The notes under the pieces are model-generated. The model worked only from the letters and a program-made list of their open reading frames with translations, did not search any database and was not told where the DNA came from. From Comamonadaceae bacterium (GTDB lineage: Bacteria; Pseudomonadota; Gammaproteobacteria; Burkholderiales; Burkholderiaceae_C): 64,000 nt of DNA. Below, piece by piece: positions 20,064 through 28,745 of this stretch. Numbering within the stretch: the stretch's first letter is position 1; each line of letters begins with the position of its first letter. The stretch is taken from positions 1,447 through 65,446 of the forward strand of contig CANFWI010000006.1 of assembly GCA_947450675.1 (NCBI GenBank), written 5' to 3'. The position numbers and the translations under genes were made by a program.

Positions 20064-20120
20064 GGCGGGTCAGGGTCCGGGTTGAATCTAAAAAAGGGGG
20101 AAATTACAAACGTGTCAGTG

Positions 20121-20325
20121 GCGACGTTGCGGCAATCAAATCATTTCCAGCGCAGTTGTTACCGTCATTGCGAGGTAGCTATTACCGTCATTACGAGCGT
20201 AGCGCGGCAATCCATCATCGAGGTACGCCGTCATGGACTGCCGCGCTGCGCTCGCAGTGACGGACGCTGCGCTCGCAGTGACGGTGCTGCTTCTCCGCAG
20301 CGCAGTGACAGTCATGCTGGAAATC
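20121..20325. repeat. Composite cluster of REP-like palindromic units (CGTCATT[G/A]CGAGCG[C/T]AGCGCGGCAATCC family)
   Basis: One forward unit at 20186..20213, an inverted unit at 20235..20262, an extra half unit at 20263..20283, and outer inverted arms (atcatttccagc / gctggaaat). Lies between the fis stop and the purH start. Confidence 0.8.
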
Positions 20326-20560
20326 ATTTCAAAAGTTTGTGCTCAAGCAATTTCTTGCGCAGCGTGTTGCGGTTCAGGCCCAGCCATTCGGCGGCGCGGG
20401 ACTGGTTGTGGTCGGCTTGCTTCATCACCATTTCAAGCAGCGGTTTTTCGACCACGCGCACCATCATGTCGTACATGCCGGCGGGCTCGGTGCCGTGCAA
20501 ATCTTGGAAGTAGCCTTCAAGGCTGGTGCGCACGCACTCTTCGATGTGTTTCTTGCTCAT
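20324..20560 (-). CDS. fis: DNA-binding protein Fis
   Basis: 78 aa with C-terminal HTH QSRAAEWLGLNRNTLRKKL. ATGA overlap with dusB. Confidence 0.93.
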   Translation of the reverse strand: MSKKHIEECVRTSLEGYFQDLHGTEPAGMYDMMVRVVEKPLLEMVMKQADHNQSRAAEWLGLNRNTLRKKLLEHKLLK

Positions 20561-21609
20561 GCGGAGGCTTTCTCTTTTTGTTCTGTGTGCTGCCTAGCTT
20601 GAAAAGGCAAGGCTGCTGGCACCCGGTCCATGCTGGACTCGAGGCCATTGAAGTAGTCGGCTACTGCGGCCATCTGCAATTCGCAGCTTTCCAGCAGGTT
20701 CATTCGCGCCCGGAAGTCTTCGCCGCCGGGCAAGCTTTTGACATACCAGCCAATGTGTTTGCGTGCAGTGCGAACGCCTGAAAACTCACCATACAGCTCG
20801 TAATGGTCGAGCAAATGGTCCAGCAGCAAACGCTTAACTTCAGCCACCAAAGGCGGAGCCAAATGCGTGCCTGTTTCCAGGAAATGGCTGATCTCGCGAA
20901 AGATCCAAGGTCGGCCCTGCGCGGCGCGGCCCACCATCACGGCGTCGGCACCTGTCAGCGCCAAAACGTCGCGGGCTTTCTCGGGTGAGTCAATGTCGCC
21001 ATTCGCCACCACCGGGATTTTCAAGGCGGCTTTCACGGCGGTGATCGTGTCGTATTCGGCAAAGCCTTTGTAGCCCTGCTCTCGTGTGCGGCCATGCACC
21101 GCGATCATTTGCACGCCGGCGTCTTCAAATGCGCGCGCTAGACGCACTGCGTTTTTGTTTGACGCCGACCAGCCGGTGCGCATTTTCAATGTCACCGGCA
21201 CGCCATGCGGTGCGCAGGCAGCCACCACAGCTTGCACGATGGCCAGTGCCAGCGGCTCGTCCTGCATCAATGCGGAGCCCGCCCATTTGTTGCAGACTTT
21301 TTTAGCCGGGCAACCCATGTTGATGTCAATGATCTGGGCGCCACGGGCCACGTTGTACGCCGCAGCGTCGGCCATCATGGGCGCGTCGGTGCCGGCAATT
21401 TGCACCGCAATCGGTTCGACTTCACCGTCATGGTTGGCGCGGCGCGAGGTCTTCAGGGTGTCCCACAGGTCGCGACGCGACGTGACCATCTCACTGACCG
21501 CATAAGCCGCGCCCAGCTTTTTGCACAGCTGGCGAAACGGCCTGTCCGTGACACCGGCCATGGGCGCCACGAACACGCGGTTGGCCAGAGCGTAAGGACC
21601 GATGTTCAT
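20557..21609 (-). CDS. dusB: tRNA-dihydrouridine synthase B
   Basis: VAPMAGVTDRPFR and INMGCP motifs. Conserved dusB-fis pair. Confidence 0.93.
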   Translation of the reverse strand: MNIGPYALANRVFVAPMAGVTDRPFRQLCKKLGAAYAVSEMVTSRRDLWDTLKTSRRANHDGEVEPIAVQIAGTDAPMMADAAAYNVARGAQIIDINMGCPAKKVCNKWAGSALMQDEPLALAIVQAVVAACAPHGVPVTLKMRTGWSASNKNAVRLARAFEDAGVQMIAVHGRTREQGYKGFAEYDTITAVKAALKIPVVANGDIDSPEKARDVLALTGADAVMVGRAAQGRPWIFREISHFLETGTHLAPPLVAEVKRLLLDHLLDHYELYGEFSGVRTARKHIGWYVKSLPGGEDFRARMNLLESCELQMAAVADYFNGLESSMDRVPAALPFQARQHTEQKEKASA

Positions 21610-21752
21610 GGGGTGGGCGGGTGGAAAATTGGAGGATGGTCAAGAAATCGAGGGGCCATTGTAGCTGCCTAAAATTTCAGCAGCTCACAAAAATTCACGA
21701 AAAATTTCCACCGCTCTTGCCAGCCAAGCTCGATCTTTATACTGGCGATCAC

Positions 21753-22238
21753 ATGGACTCTTGGATCATCCGACTCACCGAGCTGCTGGCGTTGCCTGAA
21801 TACGGCCTCAGCACGGTTTTTATCGTCTCATTTATCTCGGCCACCTTGCTGCCGCTGGGCTCTGAGCCCGTGGTCTTTGGCCTCGTCAAGCTCAACCCGG
21901 CCTTGTTCTGGCCGGCCGTGCTGGTCGCTACGGCTGGCAACACGCTGGGCGGCGCAGTCGACTGGTGGATGGGCTTTGGCGCGCACAAGGTGGTGAACAA
22001 ATACAAAGCGTCGTCTCCGCATGGCCGGGCCATGCGCTGGCTTGAAAAACTCGGCCCCAAAGCCTGTTTGCTGGCGTGGCTGCCGATCATCGGTGACCCG
22101 TTGTGCGCGGTGGCCGGCTGGCTTAAATTTCCATTTTGGCCGTGTTTAGCCTACATGGCCGTGGGTAAGTTTTGCCGCTACCTGTTGATGACGGGTGGCC
22201 TGGTGTGGGCTTTTCCGGGCGGCTTTCACTTTTCCTGA
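21753..22238 (+). CDS. YqaA/DedA-related small membrane protein
   Basis: The ATG at 21753 gives a 161-aa, four-helix protein with LLPLGSEPVVFGLV. The ORF-track N-terminal extension is not membrane-like. Confidence 0.7.
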   Translation: MDSWIIRLTELLALPEYGLSTVFIVSFISATLLPLGSEPVVFGLVKLNPALFWPAVLVATAGNTLGGAVDWWMGFGAHKVVNKYKASSPHGRAMRWLEKLGPKACLLAWLPIIGDPLCAVAGWLKFPFWPCLAYMAVGKFCRYLLMTGGLVWAFPGGFHFS

Positions 22239-22252
22239 ACCTGCGTTTTTCC

Positions 22253-22350
22253 CGTCTTTGCGAGCGCAGCGCGGCAGTCCAGAGCCCGAATTCGCAGTCA
22301 TAGATTGCCGCGCTTCGCTCGCAAAGACGGACGCTGCGCTCGCAATGACG
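22253..22350. repeat. REP-like inverted pair plus half unit (same family as 20121..20325)
   Basis: cgtctttgcgagcgcagcgcggcagtcc (22253..22280) and its inverse gattgccgcgcttcgctcgcaaagacg (22303..22329), then gacgctgcgctcgcaatgacg (22330..22350). Between convergent genes. Confidence 0.85.
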
Positions 22351-23094
22351 TTAAAACTTCTCGTGCGGTAGCAAATAGCGCCACTGACCTACCGGCAAGC
22401 TGCTCATGGCGACGCGGCCGATGCGGATGCGCTTCATGCCCTCGACCTGCAAGCCAACGCTTTCGCACAAAAAGGCAATTTGCCCTGGCCGCTCGCCCTT
22501 GAGTGCAAAGCGCAAACGTTTTTCGCTCTGCCAGCTGACCTTGGCCGCACCCAACAAGATGCCGTTGAAGGTGTAGCCATGGTCAATTCGGTTCAAACGC
22601 TCCAGACCACCCGTCTTGGCCTCGCCACTGACGTCAACCAGCACTTCGTTTTCCATGACGTTGGCGTCTTCACTCAACTTGCGCGCCACGCGCCAGTCTT
22701 GCGTGAACACCACCAAGCCACTGGCGCGCGGTGCGAGCGGCGTCACCAGCACTTGGTCGGAAAAATGTTTCTTCAGTGGACTGAGCTCTGAGCGATCGTC
22801 TTTCCAAAGGTTGCCCGGCACCAGCAAGCCAGCGGCGCTGGCGGCACCCCGCAGCGCACCCAAACCAGCTTCCACGTCAGCGGGCTTGTGCAACAGAATC
22901 GTCACCGGCATCGCGGCCAGCAAGCTGGCGTCCGGACTGACCTCAATTTTTTGGTCTTGCACGCGGAACTGCGGCTCTTCAATCACCACGCCGTCGACGC
23001 GCACGAAGCCGCCAGCAATGTACTGCTCGGCCTCGCGGCGCGAACAGGCCAGCATGTCGGCCAAGCGTTTGGCGAGACGGATCGGCTCTGTCAT
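22351..23094 (-). CDS. S4-domain, RsuA/RluF-like pseudouridine-synthase-fold protein (catalytic Asp motif apparently absent)
   Basis: N-terminal S4 (IRLAKRLADMLACSRREAEQYIAGGFVRVDG). Core reads TPLAPRASGLVVFTQD where the family has GRLDxxSxGLLLLTND. C-terminal RIRIGRVAMSSLPVGQWRYL. Confidence 0.7.
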   Translation of the reverse strand: MTEPIRLAKRLADMLACSRREAEQYIAGGFVRVDGVVIEEPQFRVQDQKIEVSPDASLLAAMPVTILLHKPADVEAGLGALRGAASAAGLLVPGNLWKDDRSELSPLKKHFSDQVLVTPLAPRASGLVVFTQDWRVARKLSEDANVMENEVLVDVSGEAKTGGLERLNRIDHGYTFNGILLGAAKVSWQSEKRLRFALKGERPGQIAFLCESVGLQVEGMKRIRIGRVAMSSLPVGQWRYLLPHEKF

Positions 23095-23122
23095 GTCAAT
23101 TTTCTGGAAGGACTGCGTTGAC

Positions 23123-24214
23123 TCAAGAGCTGAACAAGAAGTTCATCACGTCGCCATCTTTGACGACGTATTCTTTGCCCTCAGCGCGCATTTTGCCGGC
23201 GTCTTTGGCGCCCTGCTCGCCCTTGAAAGCGATGAAGTCTTCAAACGCGATGGTCTGCGCGCGGATATAGCCTTTTTCAAAGTCGGTGTGAATCACGCCG
23301 GCTGCTTGCGGGCCGGTGTCACCCACGTGAATGGTCCAAGCGCGCACTTCTTTGACACCCGCGGTGAAATACGTTTGCAGGCCGAGCAGCTTGTAGGCGG
23401 CGCGGATCAAACGGTTCAAACCCGGCTCAGACTGGCCGAGTTCTTCTAAGAACATTTGGCGGTCTTCGTCACTCATCTCCGACATCTCGGCTTCCATCTT
23501 GGCGCTGATGGCGACCACGGGTGCGTTTTGCGAAGCAGCATAGGCCTTCAAGCGGTCTAGAAACGGGTTGTTCTCAAAACCGTCTTCAGCCACATTGGCG
23601 ACAAACATCGCCGGCTTGGCCGTGATCATGAAAAACTGCTGCAACAGCGGCAACTCTTCCTTGGTGAAATCAAGTGTGCGCACCGGTTTGGCTTCGTTGA
23701 GCGCGGCTTGGCACTTTTCCAAAATAGCCACCAACTTGACTGATTCTTTGTCGCCCGAACGCGCCAGTTTGGTGACACGGTGTAGCGCTTTTTCAACCGC
23801 GCCCAAGTCAGCCAAGCAGAGCTCCGTTTGAATGACTTCGATGTCGTCAATCGGGTCCACCTTGCCAGCAACGTGGATCACGTTGTCGTCTTCAAAACAG
23901 CGCACCACATTGATGATGGCGTCGGTCTCGCGGATGTGCGCCAAAAATTTGTTGCCCAAGCCTTCGCCCGTGCTGGCACCAGCCACCAAGCCCGCGATGT
24001 CGACAAACTCCACAATCGCGCGCTGCACCTTTTGCGGGTTGACGATGGCCGACAGCGCGTCCAAGCGCTCGTCCGGCACCTCAACGATGCCGACATTCGG
24101 CTCAATCGTGCAGAAGGGGTAGTTCTCCGCCGCGATGCCCGCGTTGGTCAAAGCGTTGAACAAAGTTGATTTACCGACGTTGGGCAGGCCGACGATGCCG
24201 CACTTCAAACTCAT
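23123..24214 (-). CDS. ychF: Ribosome-binding ATPase YchF
   Basis: [23 protein letters not shown]. 363 aa from the ATG at 24214. Confidence 0.95.
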   Translation of the reverse strand: MSLKCGIVGLPNVGKSTLFNALTNAGIAAENYPFCTIEPNVGIVEVPDERLDALSAIVNPQKVQRAIVEFVDIAGLVAGASTGEGLGNKFLAHIRETDAIINVVRCFEDDNVIHVAGKVDPIDDIEVIQTELCLADLGAVEKALHRVTKLARSGDKESVKLVAILEKCQAALNEAKPVRTLDFTKEELPLLQQFFMITAKPAMFVANVAEDGFENNPFLDRLKAYAASQNAPVVAISAKMEAEMSEMSDEDRQMFLEELGQSEPGLNRLIRAAYKLLGLQTYFTAGVKEVRAWTIHVGDTGPQAAGVIHTDFEKGYIRAQTIAFEDFIAFKGEQGAKDAGKMRAEGKEYVVKDGDVMNFLFSS

Positions 24215-24488
24215 GAAAATATCCTTAGAAATCAATGTCCCAATTGCAACATCGAGCCGAATGTCGGCATCGTTGAGGTGCCGAATACGCTCCATGAGCC
24301 TATGGCGCGACCAGCCAGCAAACCCGAAAAGCGGGTGGGAAAAGGGGGTGTGAACTGTGGCAGATTGTACTTATCAGCAAAGCCTTGCTGCTTCGCAGCA
24401 CGGTTTCAGACGGGCGCATCCTGCGCGATCGGGCGCTTTGCGGGTTTTGTGTCCGAACGAATGCGAGAGAGCGCAGGTGAGACAGTCC

Positions 24489-24956
24489 TTATTTTTTGCG
24501 GAACTCTTTGTGGCAGGCATTGCAGGTATCGCGAGTCTGCTCAAACGCCAATTTGATCTTTTTCAAATCTCCGTTTTCTGCCGCCTTGGCCAAATTGCTT
24601 GTTTTACTCTCAAGCTCGGTTGAGAGCTTCTTGAATCGTTCTTCTTCAAACCAGATGTCTTCCTTGGCCTTGGTGTCACCGCGTTCGCTGCCCGGCACAA
24701 AACCCTCCCAAGGTAAACGGCTCAGCATTTCTACAGTTCTCGCATCCGAGATCACCAAGGCTCCGTTGAAGGGCCGATCTCCTTCCACAGTTTGAAGCAA
24801 TCGGCTGAAATAAGTGCTCATTAAGGTGAAGCCTGCGCGTCGGTGTTTGATGGCTTGCTCCGTTTTACGATCCTGTGCAAATGACAGGGTGCCCAAGCAG
24901 GCCAAGAGGCTCGCGCCAACGATGATTTGAATCATTTTCATAGTCAGTTTTTTCAT
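24489..24956 (-). CDS. Cytochrome c' (class II c-type cytochrome)
   Basis: Signal peptide MKKLTMKMIQIIVGASLLACLGTLSFA, four-helix-bundle length, C-terminal haem motif CNACH. The ATG at 24956 overlaps the chrA stop (ATGA). Confidence 0.8.
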   Translation of the reverse strand: MKKLTMKMIQIIVGASLLACLGTLSFAQDRKTEQAIKHRRAGFTLMSTYFSRLLQTVEGDRPFNGALVISDARTVEMLSRLPWEGFVPGSERGDTKAKEDIWFEEERFKKLSTELESKTSNLAKAAENGDLKKIKLAFEQTRDTCNACHKEFRKK

Positions 24957-26320
24957 GCGAGGAACCATCGAATGCCAATGCCCAACAGACCGCTGCCAGC
25001 GATGACATGAATCACATTGCGTTTGTATTTAAACAGCGCAACAGAGGCTGCCACGGCAAGCACTGCTGACGGCCAGTCAAAAGCACCGCTAAATCCTTGG
25101 GGCCAAAGCACGTGGTAACCAAAAAACAGCGCCAAGTTCAAGATCACGCCAACCACAGCTGCCGTGATGGCGGTCAAGGGCGCTGTGAATTTGAGATCGT
25201 TGTGTGTGCTCTCAATCATGGGGCCGCCCGCCAAGATGAACAAGAATGAGGGCAAGAAGGTAAACCACGTGACCACGGTCGCGGCAACCGCACCTGCCAG
25301 AAACAAACTCTCCGGCCCGAACAATTCTTTAACATAGCCGCCAATAAACCCGACGAAGGCCACAACCATGATGAGTGGCCCCGGCGTTGATTCTCCAAGT
25401 GCCAAACCATCAATCATTTGAGTGGCTGTTGCCCATCCAAATTGGTCTACTGCACCTTGATAAACATAAGGCAGTACCGCATAGGCACCACCAAACGTGA
25501 GCAAGGCGGCCTTGGTGAAGAACCAACTCATTTGCGTCAGGGTGTGATCCCAACCAAAACGCATGACCAACAAACCCATTGGTGCGGCCCACAGCACGGC
25601 CCCTGTGACCACCACTTGAATCAACCGATGCGACCGAAAAACAGCATGCTCTGGTGTGGGCGTGTTGTCGTCGATGAATGCAGCACCAAACGACGGGTTG
25701 GTTTTACCGTGGCCACCGCCCACTTTAAAGATTTCAGGTGCACGGCGACCACCAAAGAAACCAATGACCGCAGCCCCCAGCACGATCAACGGAAACGGCA
25801 CATTGAGCGCAAAGATCGCCACAAAACTAGCCGCAGCGATAGCCCACAAAACATTGTTCTTTAGAGCGCGTGAGCCAATTCGATGTGCGGCATGCAACAC
25901 GATGGCGGTCACTGCCGGCTTGATGCCGTAAAAGATGCCTGCAATCAATGGCACTTCGCCAAAGGCGATGTAGACCCACGACAGCGCGATCAAGATAAAC
26001 AAGGAGGGCAGCACGAACAGTGTTCCAGCCAAGATGCCACCGCGTGTTTTGTGCAGCAACCAGCCGATGTAAATTGCCAGTTGCTGCGCTTCTGGGCCAG
26101 GTAAGACCATGCAGTAATTGAGCGCGTGCAGGAAACGTTTTTCAGAAATCCAGCGACGTCGCACAACCAGCTCTTCATGCATGATGGCGATCTGCCCGGC
26201 TGGGCCGCCAAAGCTGATGAACCCCAGTTTGAGCCAGAACCAAAAAGCATGCCCAAAACTCACCTCTGGCGCAACCTCACTCAACGTTGCATTGGGGATT
26301 GCTTCATTCTGGGCGCTCAT
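24953..26320 (-). CDS. chrA: Chromate efflux transporter (two-domain CHR family)
   Basis: 455 aa, FGGPAGQIAIMHEELV in the N-terminal half and a related segment in the C-terminal half, many transmembrane helices. Confidence 0.9.
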   Translation of the reverse strand: MSAQNEAIPNATLSEVAPEVSFGHAFWFWLKLGFISFGGPAGQIAIMHEELVVRRRWISEKRFLHALNYCMVLPGPEAQQLAIYIGWLLHKTRGGILAGTLFVLPSLFILIALSWVYIAFGEVPLIAGIFYGIKPAVTAIVLHAAHRIGSRALKNNVLWAIAAASFVAIFALNVPFPLIVLGAAVIGFFGGRRAPEIFKVGGGHGKTNPSFGAAFIDDNTPTPEHAVFRSHRLIQVVVTGAVLWAAPMGLLVMRFGWDHTLTQMSWFFTKAALLTFGGAYAVLPYVYQGAVDQFGWATATQMIDGLALGESTPGPLIMVVAFVGFIGGYVKELFGPESLFLAGAVAATVVTWFTFLPSFLFILAGGPMIESTHNDLKFTAPLTAITAAVVGVILNLALFFGYHVLWPQGFSGAFDWPSAVLAVAASVALFKYKRNVIHVIAGSGLLGIGIRWFLA

Positions 26321-27258
26321 ATTGCTTTCTCGCTTTGTTGAAAGGCAAACAACAATCCATCAAACACGGTCGAGGCTGTCGCTAAAAGTTGGTCATCGTC
26401 TTCGATGGTTTGACATAGGCCTTGAAGCAAGCTTTCGATACCAGAGGCTTCCGCAGGCTGCACGCCTCCCACATCGAGATAGTGAACGAGCAAGCCAAGA
26501 CGCGCCATCGCCGGACTCGTGAGGCCAAAACTTGCAGCCAACACCTCGAAGGTCACACGCGAACCAACGTGGCTGAAGGTTGCCCCATCGAAGTCAAAGC
26601 CGAGTGCTTTTTGGGGGCAGTCCTCAGGCTTGTTGAGCCAAGTGATAGTGGCAGCGGTATCGATGAAGCGACGAATCAGCCATGCGCTTGCGAGACGATC
26701 CACCCATGGCCGCGCACGTGTTGCCCAAAGTCGTCCTTGGAAATCCTCGACATGCAGGGTTGCGATGTTTCCCGAAATTACTCTTGGCTCGTTGGGTGAC
26801 AGCGAGTAAGAACACGCCTGCTCCAGATCAGACAAGGCGTTGTTAAGCTGTTTCTGTGACTCGTCTGGAAAGAAATCGATATCGCACAACTGGCCAAAGC
26901 TCTTTCGCAACTTTCTGACCTGCTTCAGAACGTCATGAGCCGTGGTGTCGGTGAGCGTGGCGCCAGATTTGGTGACCTGCTCCAGCAACGCGATGTATTC
27001 ATCCTTGCGGTCAAAAAGACGCTTGAAATCTTGCCCTGCTGGCTCATCGGTGTTCAGAACCAGCGCGGTGCCACCGCCCGCCGAAACGTCATTGGCGATC
27101 GATGCGAGTATTGCCTTGTGCTCACCCTGATCAGGCAGCAGATAAACACCGTCGCGTAAGACGGCTGCACCAGAAGCCTTCAGGGCACGCCATGAACGTT
27201 GACGCAGGGTTGCGTTCTCTGTTGGAAGACTGGTAACAAAGCACAGCCAATTAATCAT
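26317..27258 (-). CDS. chrB: Chromate resistance regulator/sensor protein ChrB
   Basis: LRQRSWRALKASGAAVLRDGVYLLP N-terminus. ATGA overlap with chrA. ATG at 27258. Confidence 0.8.
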   Translation of the reverse strand: MINWLCFVTSLPTENATLRQRSWRALKASGAAVLRDGVYLLPDQGEHKAILASIANDVSAGGGTALVLNTDEPAGQDFKRLFDRKDEYIALLEQVTKSGATLTDTTAHDVLKQVRKLRKSFGQLCDIDFFPDESQKQLNNALSDLEQACSYSLSPNEPRVISGNIATLHVEDFQGRLWATRARPWVDRLASAWLIRRFIDTAATITWLNKPEDCPQKALGFDFDGATFSHVGSRVTFEVLAASFGLTSPAMARLGLLVHYLDVGGVQPAEASGIESLLQGLCQTIEDDDQLLATASTVFDGLLFAFQQSEKAI

Positions 27259-27464
27259 GAATGTAATTCTACTTTTACGTAGAGTACAAATCAATAATTT
27301 AAAAAATGTTGCTGACTGAGTCCATTCCAATGAGTTCCTGCCCAATTCAACTTAGACACCCTGCCGACCAGTGACATCACTTTTTGCCGGCCTGAGATTG
27401 GCCAATTTCGACAATTGTGGGGCTCCACATTTTCTAAAATGGCCACTAAGCAGGCAAAGAGAGG

Positions 27465-28631
27465 TTATCTAGACAAATCTTGCATGACCTTGAACAGGTC
27501 TGACTTGCCTTCAAAGCCAATGCCGGGCAAGTCTGGCATGGTGATGTAGCTGTTCTCGACTTTGACGCCGTCAGGGAATCCGCCGAATGGCTGAAACAGG
27601 TCTGGATAGCTTTCGTTGCCACCCAGGCCCAGCCCGGCAGCAATGTTCAGGGACATTTGATGACCGCCGTGCGGGATGCAGCGACTGGCCGACCAGCCGT
27701 GCTCTTTCAGCATGTCGAGCGTGCGCAAATACTCGACCAAGCCGTAGCTGAGAGCGCAATCGAATTGCAGCCAATCCCGGTCCGGCCGCATGCCGCCGTA
27801 GCGGATCAAATTGCGGGCGTCTTGCATGGAGAACAGGTTTTCGCCCGTCGCCATTGGGTTTTTGTAATAGCTGCGCAAGGTTTCCTGAAGCTCGTAGTCC
27901 AACGGATCACCGGCCTCTTCATACCAAAACAAATCGTATTGCGACAAGGCTTTGGCATAGGCGATGGCGGTGTCGCGGTCAAAGCGGCCGTTGGCATCAA
28001 CGCACAACTTTTGGCCATCTTGCAGAACGCTCAAGATGGAGTCGATGCGGCGCAAATCTTCATCCAATGACGCACCGCCGATTTTCTTTTTGACCACCGA
28101 GTAGCCGCGGTCGATGTAGCTGCGCATCTCATCTTTCAGCTTCTCGTGGTCTTGCCCTGGGTAGTAGTAGCCGCCGGCGGCATAGACAAAGACTTTGCGA
28201 TTCGGTTGGCCGTCACCATAACGATCTGCCAGCAACTGGAATAAGGGTTTGCCTTCAATCTTGGCCACCGCATCCCAAACGGCCATGTCAATCGTGCCCA
28301 TGGCGACAGAGCGCTCACCGTGACCACCGGGCTTTTCGTTGGTGAACATCGTGGCCCAAATCTTGTGCGGGTCTAGGTTGTTGCCGGTGTCATCCAGCAA
28401 CGCGTCCGGGGACGCCTCCATGACGCGCGGAATGAAACGCTCCCGCATCAAAGTGCCTTGACCGTAGCGGCCATTGGAGTTGAAGCCGTAACCGACCACG
28501 GGTTTGCCGTCACGGATCACGTCGGTGATGACGGCCACAAGACTCAGCGTCATTTTGCTAAAGTCGATGTAGGCATTGCGGATCGGTGAACTGATCGGCA
28601 GCGTGACTTCTCTGATTTCTACAATCTTCAT
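27465..28631 (-). CDS. Enolase-superfamily dehydratase, D-tartrate dehydratase (TarD)-like
   Basis: MKIVEIREVTLPISSPIRNAYIDFSKMTLSLVAVITDVIRDGKPVVGYGFNSNGRYGQG closely matches the Bradyrhizobium TarD N-terminus as I recall it. ATG at 28631. Confidence 0.75.
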   Translation of the reverse strand: MKIVEIREVTLPISSPIRNAYIDFSKMTLSLVAVITDVIRDGKPVVGYGFNSNGRYGQGTLMRERFIPRVMEASPDALLDDTGNNLDPHKIWATMFTNEKPGGHGERSVAMGTIDMAVWDAVAKIEGKPLFQLLADRYGDGQPNRKVFVYAAGGYYYPGQDHEKLKDEMRSYIDRGYSVVKKKIGGASLDEDLRRIDSILSVLQDGQKLCVDANGRFDRDTAIAYAKALSQYDLFWYEEAGDPLDYELQETLRSYYKNPMATGENLFSMQDARNLIRYGGMRPDRDWLQFDCALSYGLVEYLRTLDMLKEHGWSASRCIPHGGHQMSLNIAAGLGLGGNESYPDLFQPFGGFPDGVKVENSYITMPDLPGIGFEGKSDLFKVMQDLSR

Positions 28632-28707
28632 TTTTGACTCCAAGGGAACAACAGCGATGGCGGCCATGCTAGTTTGGGCATCTAATTTGTGCCAATGCTG
28701 TTTTTTT

Positions 28708-28738
28708 TGCATTCAATGCTTTCAAAGCATTGAATGCA
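28708..28738. promoter_or_regulatory. Perfect 15-1-15 palindrome TGCATTCAATGCTTT-C-AAAGCATTGAATGCA with a central T-N11-A LysR box
   Basis: Read directly and checked base by base. Sits in the tarD-like/LysR divergent region. Confidence 0.6.
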
Positions 28739-28745
28739 TCGCCCC

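Noticed and set aside
20136-20327. 63-aa ORF (…GLPRYARNDGNSY…) and similar small ORFs at 22305..22502 and 34200..34457
   Set aside because: They are translations of the REP-like palindromic units. The ARNDG-type peptides are a known by-product of this kind of repeat, not genes.
19356-20513. 385-aa ORF on the plus strand spanning purH, the REP cluster and fis
   Set aside because: It is antisense to two well-supported genes and reads through a repeat cluster, so it is an artefact of GC-rich sequence.
27259-27345. Imperfect palindrome tacttttacgtagagta upstream of chrB as a ChrB operator
   Set aside because: The half-sites do not align as a true inverted repeat when checked base by base. The region is only noted as AT-rich promoter DNA.
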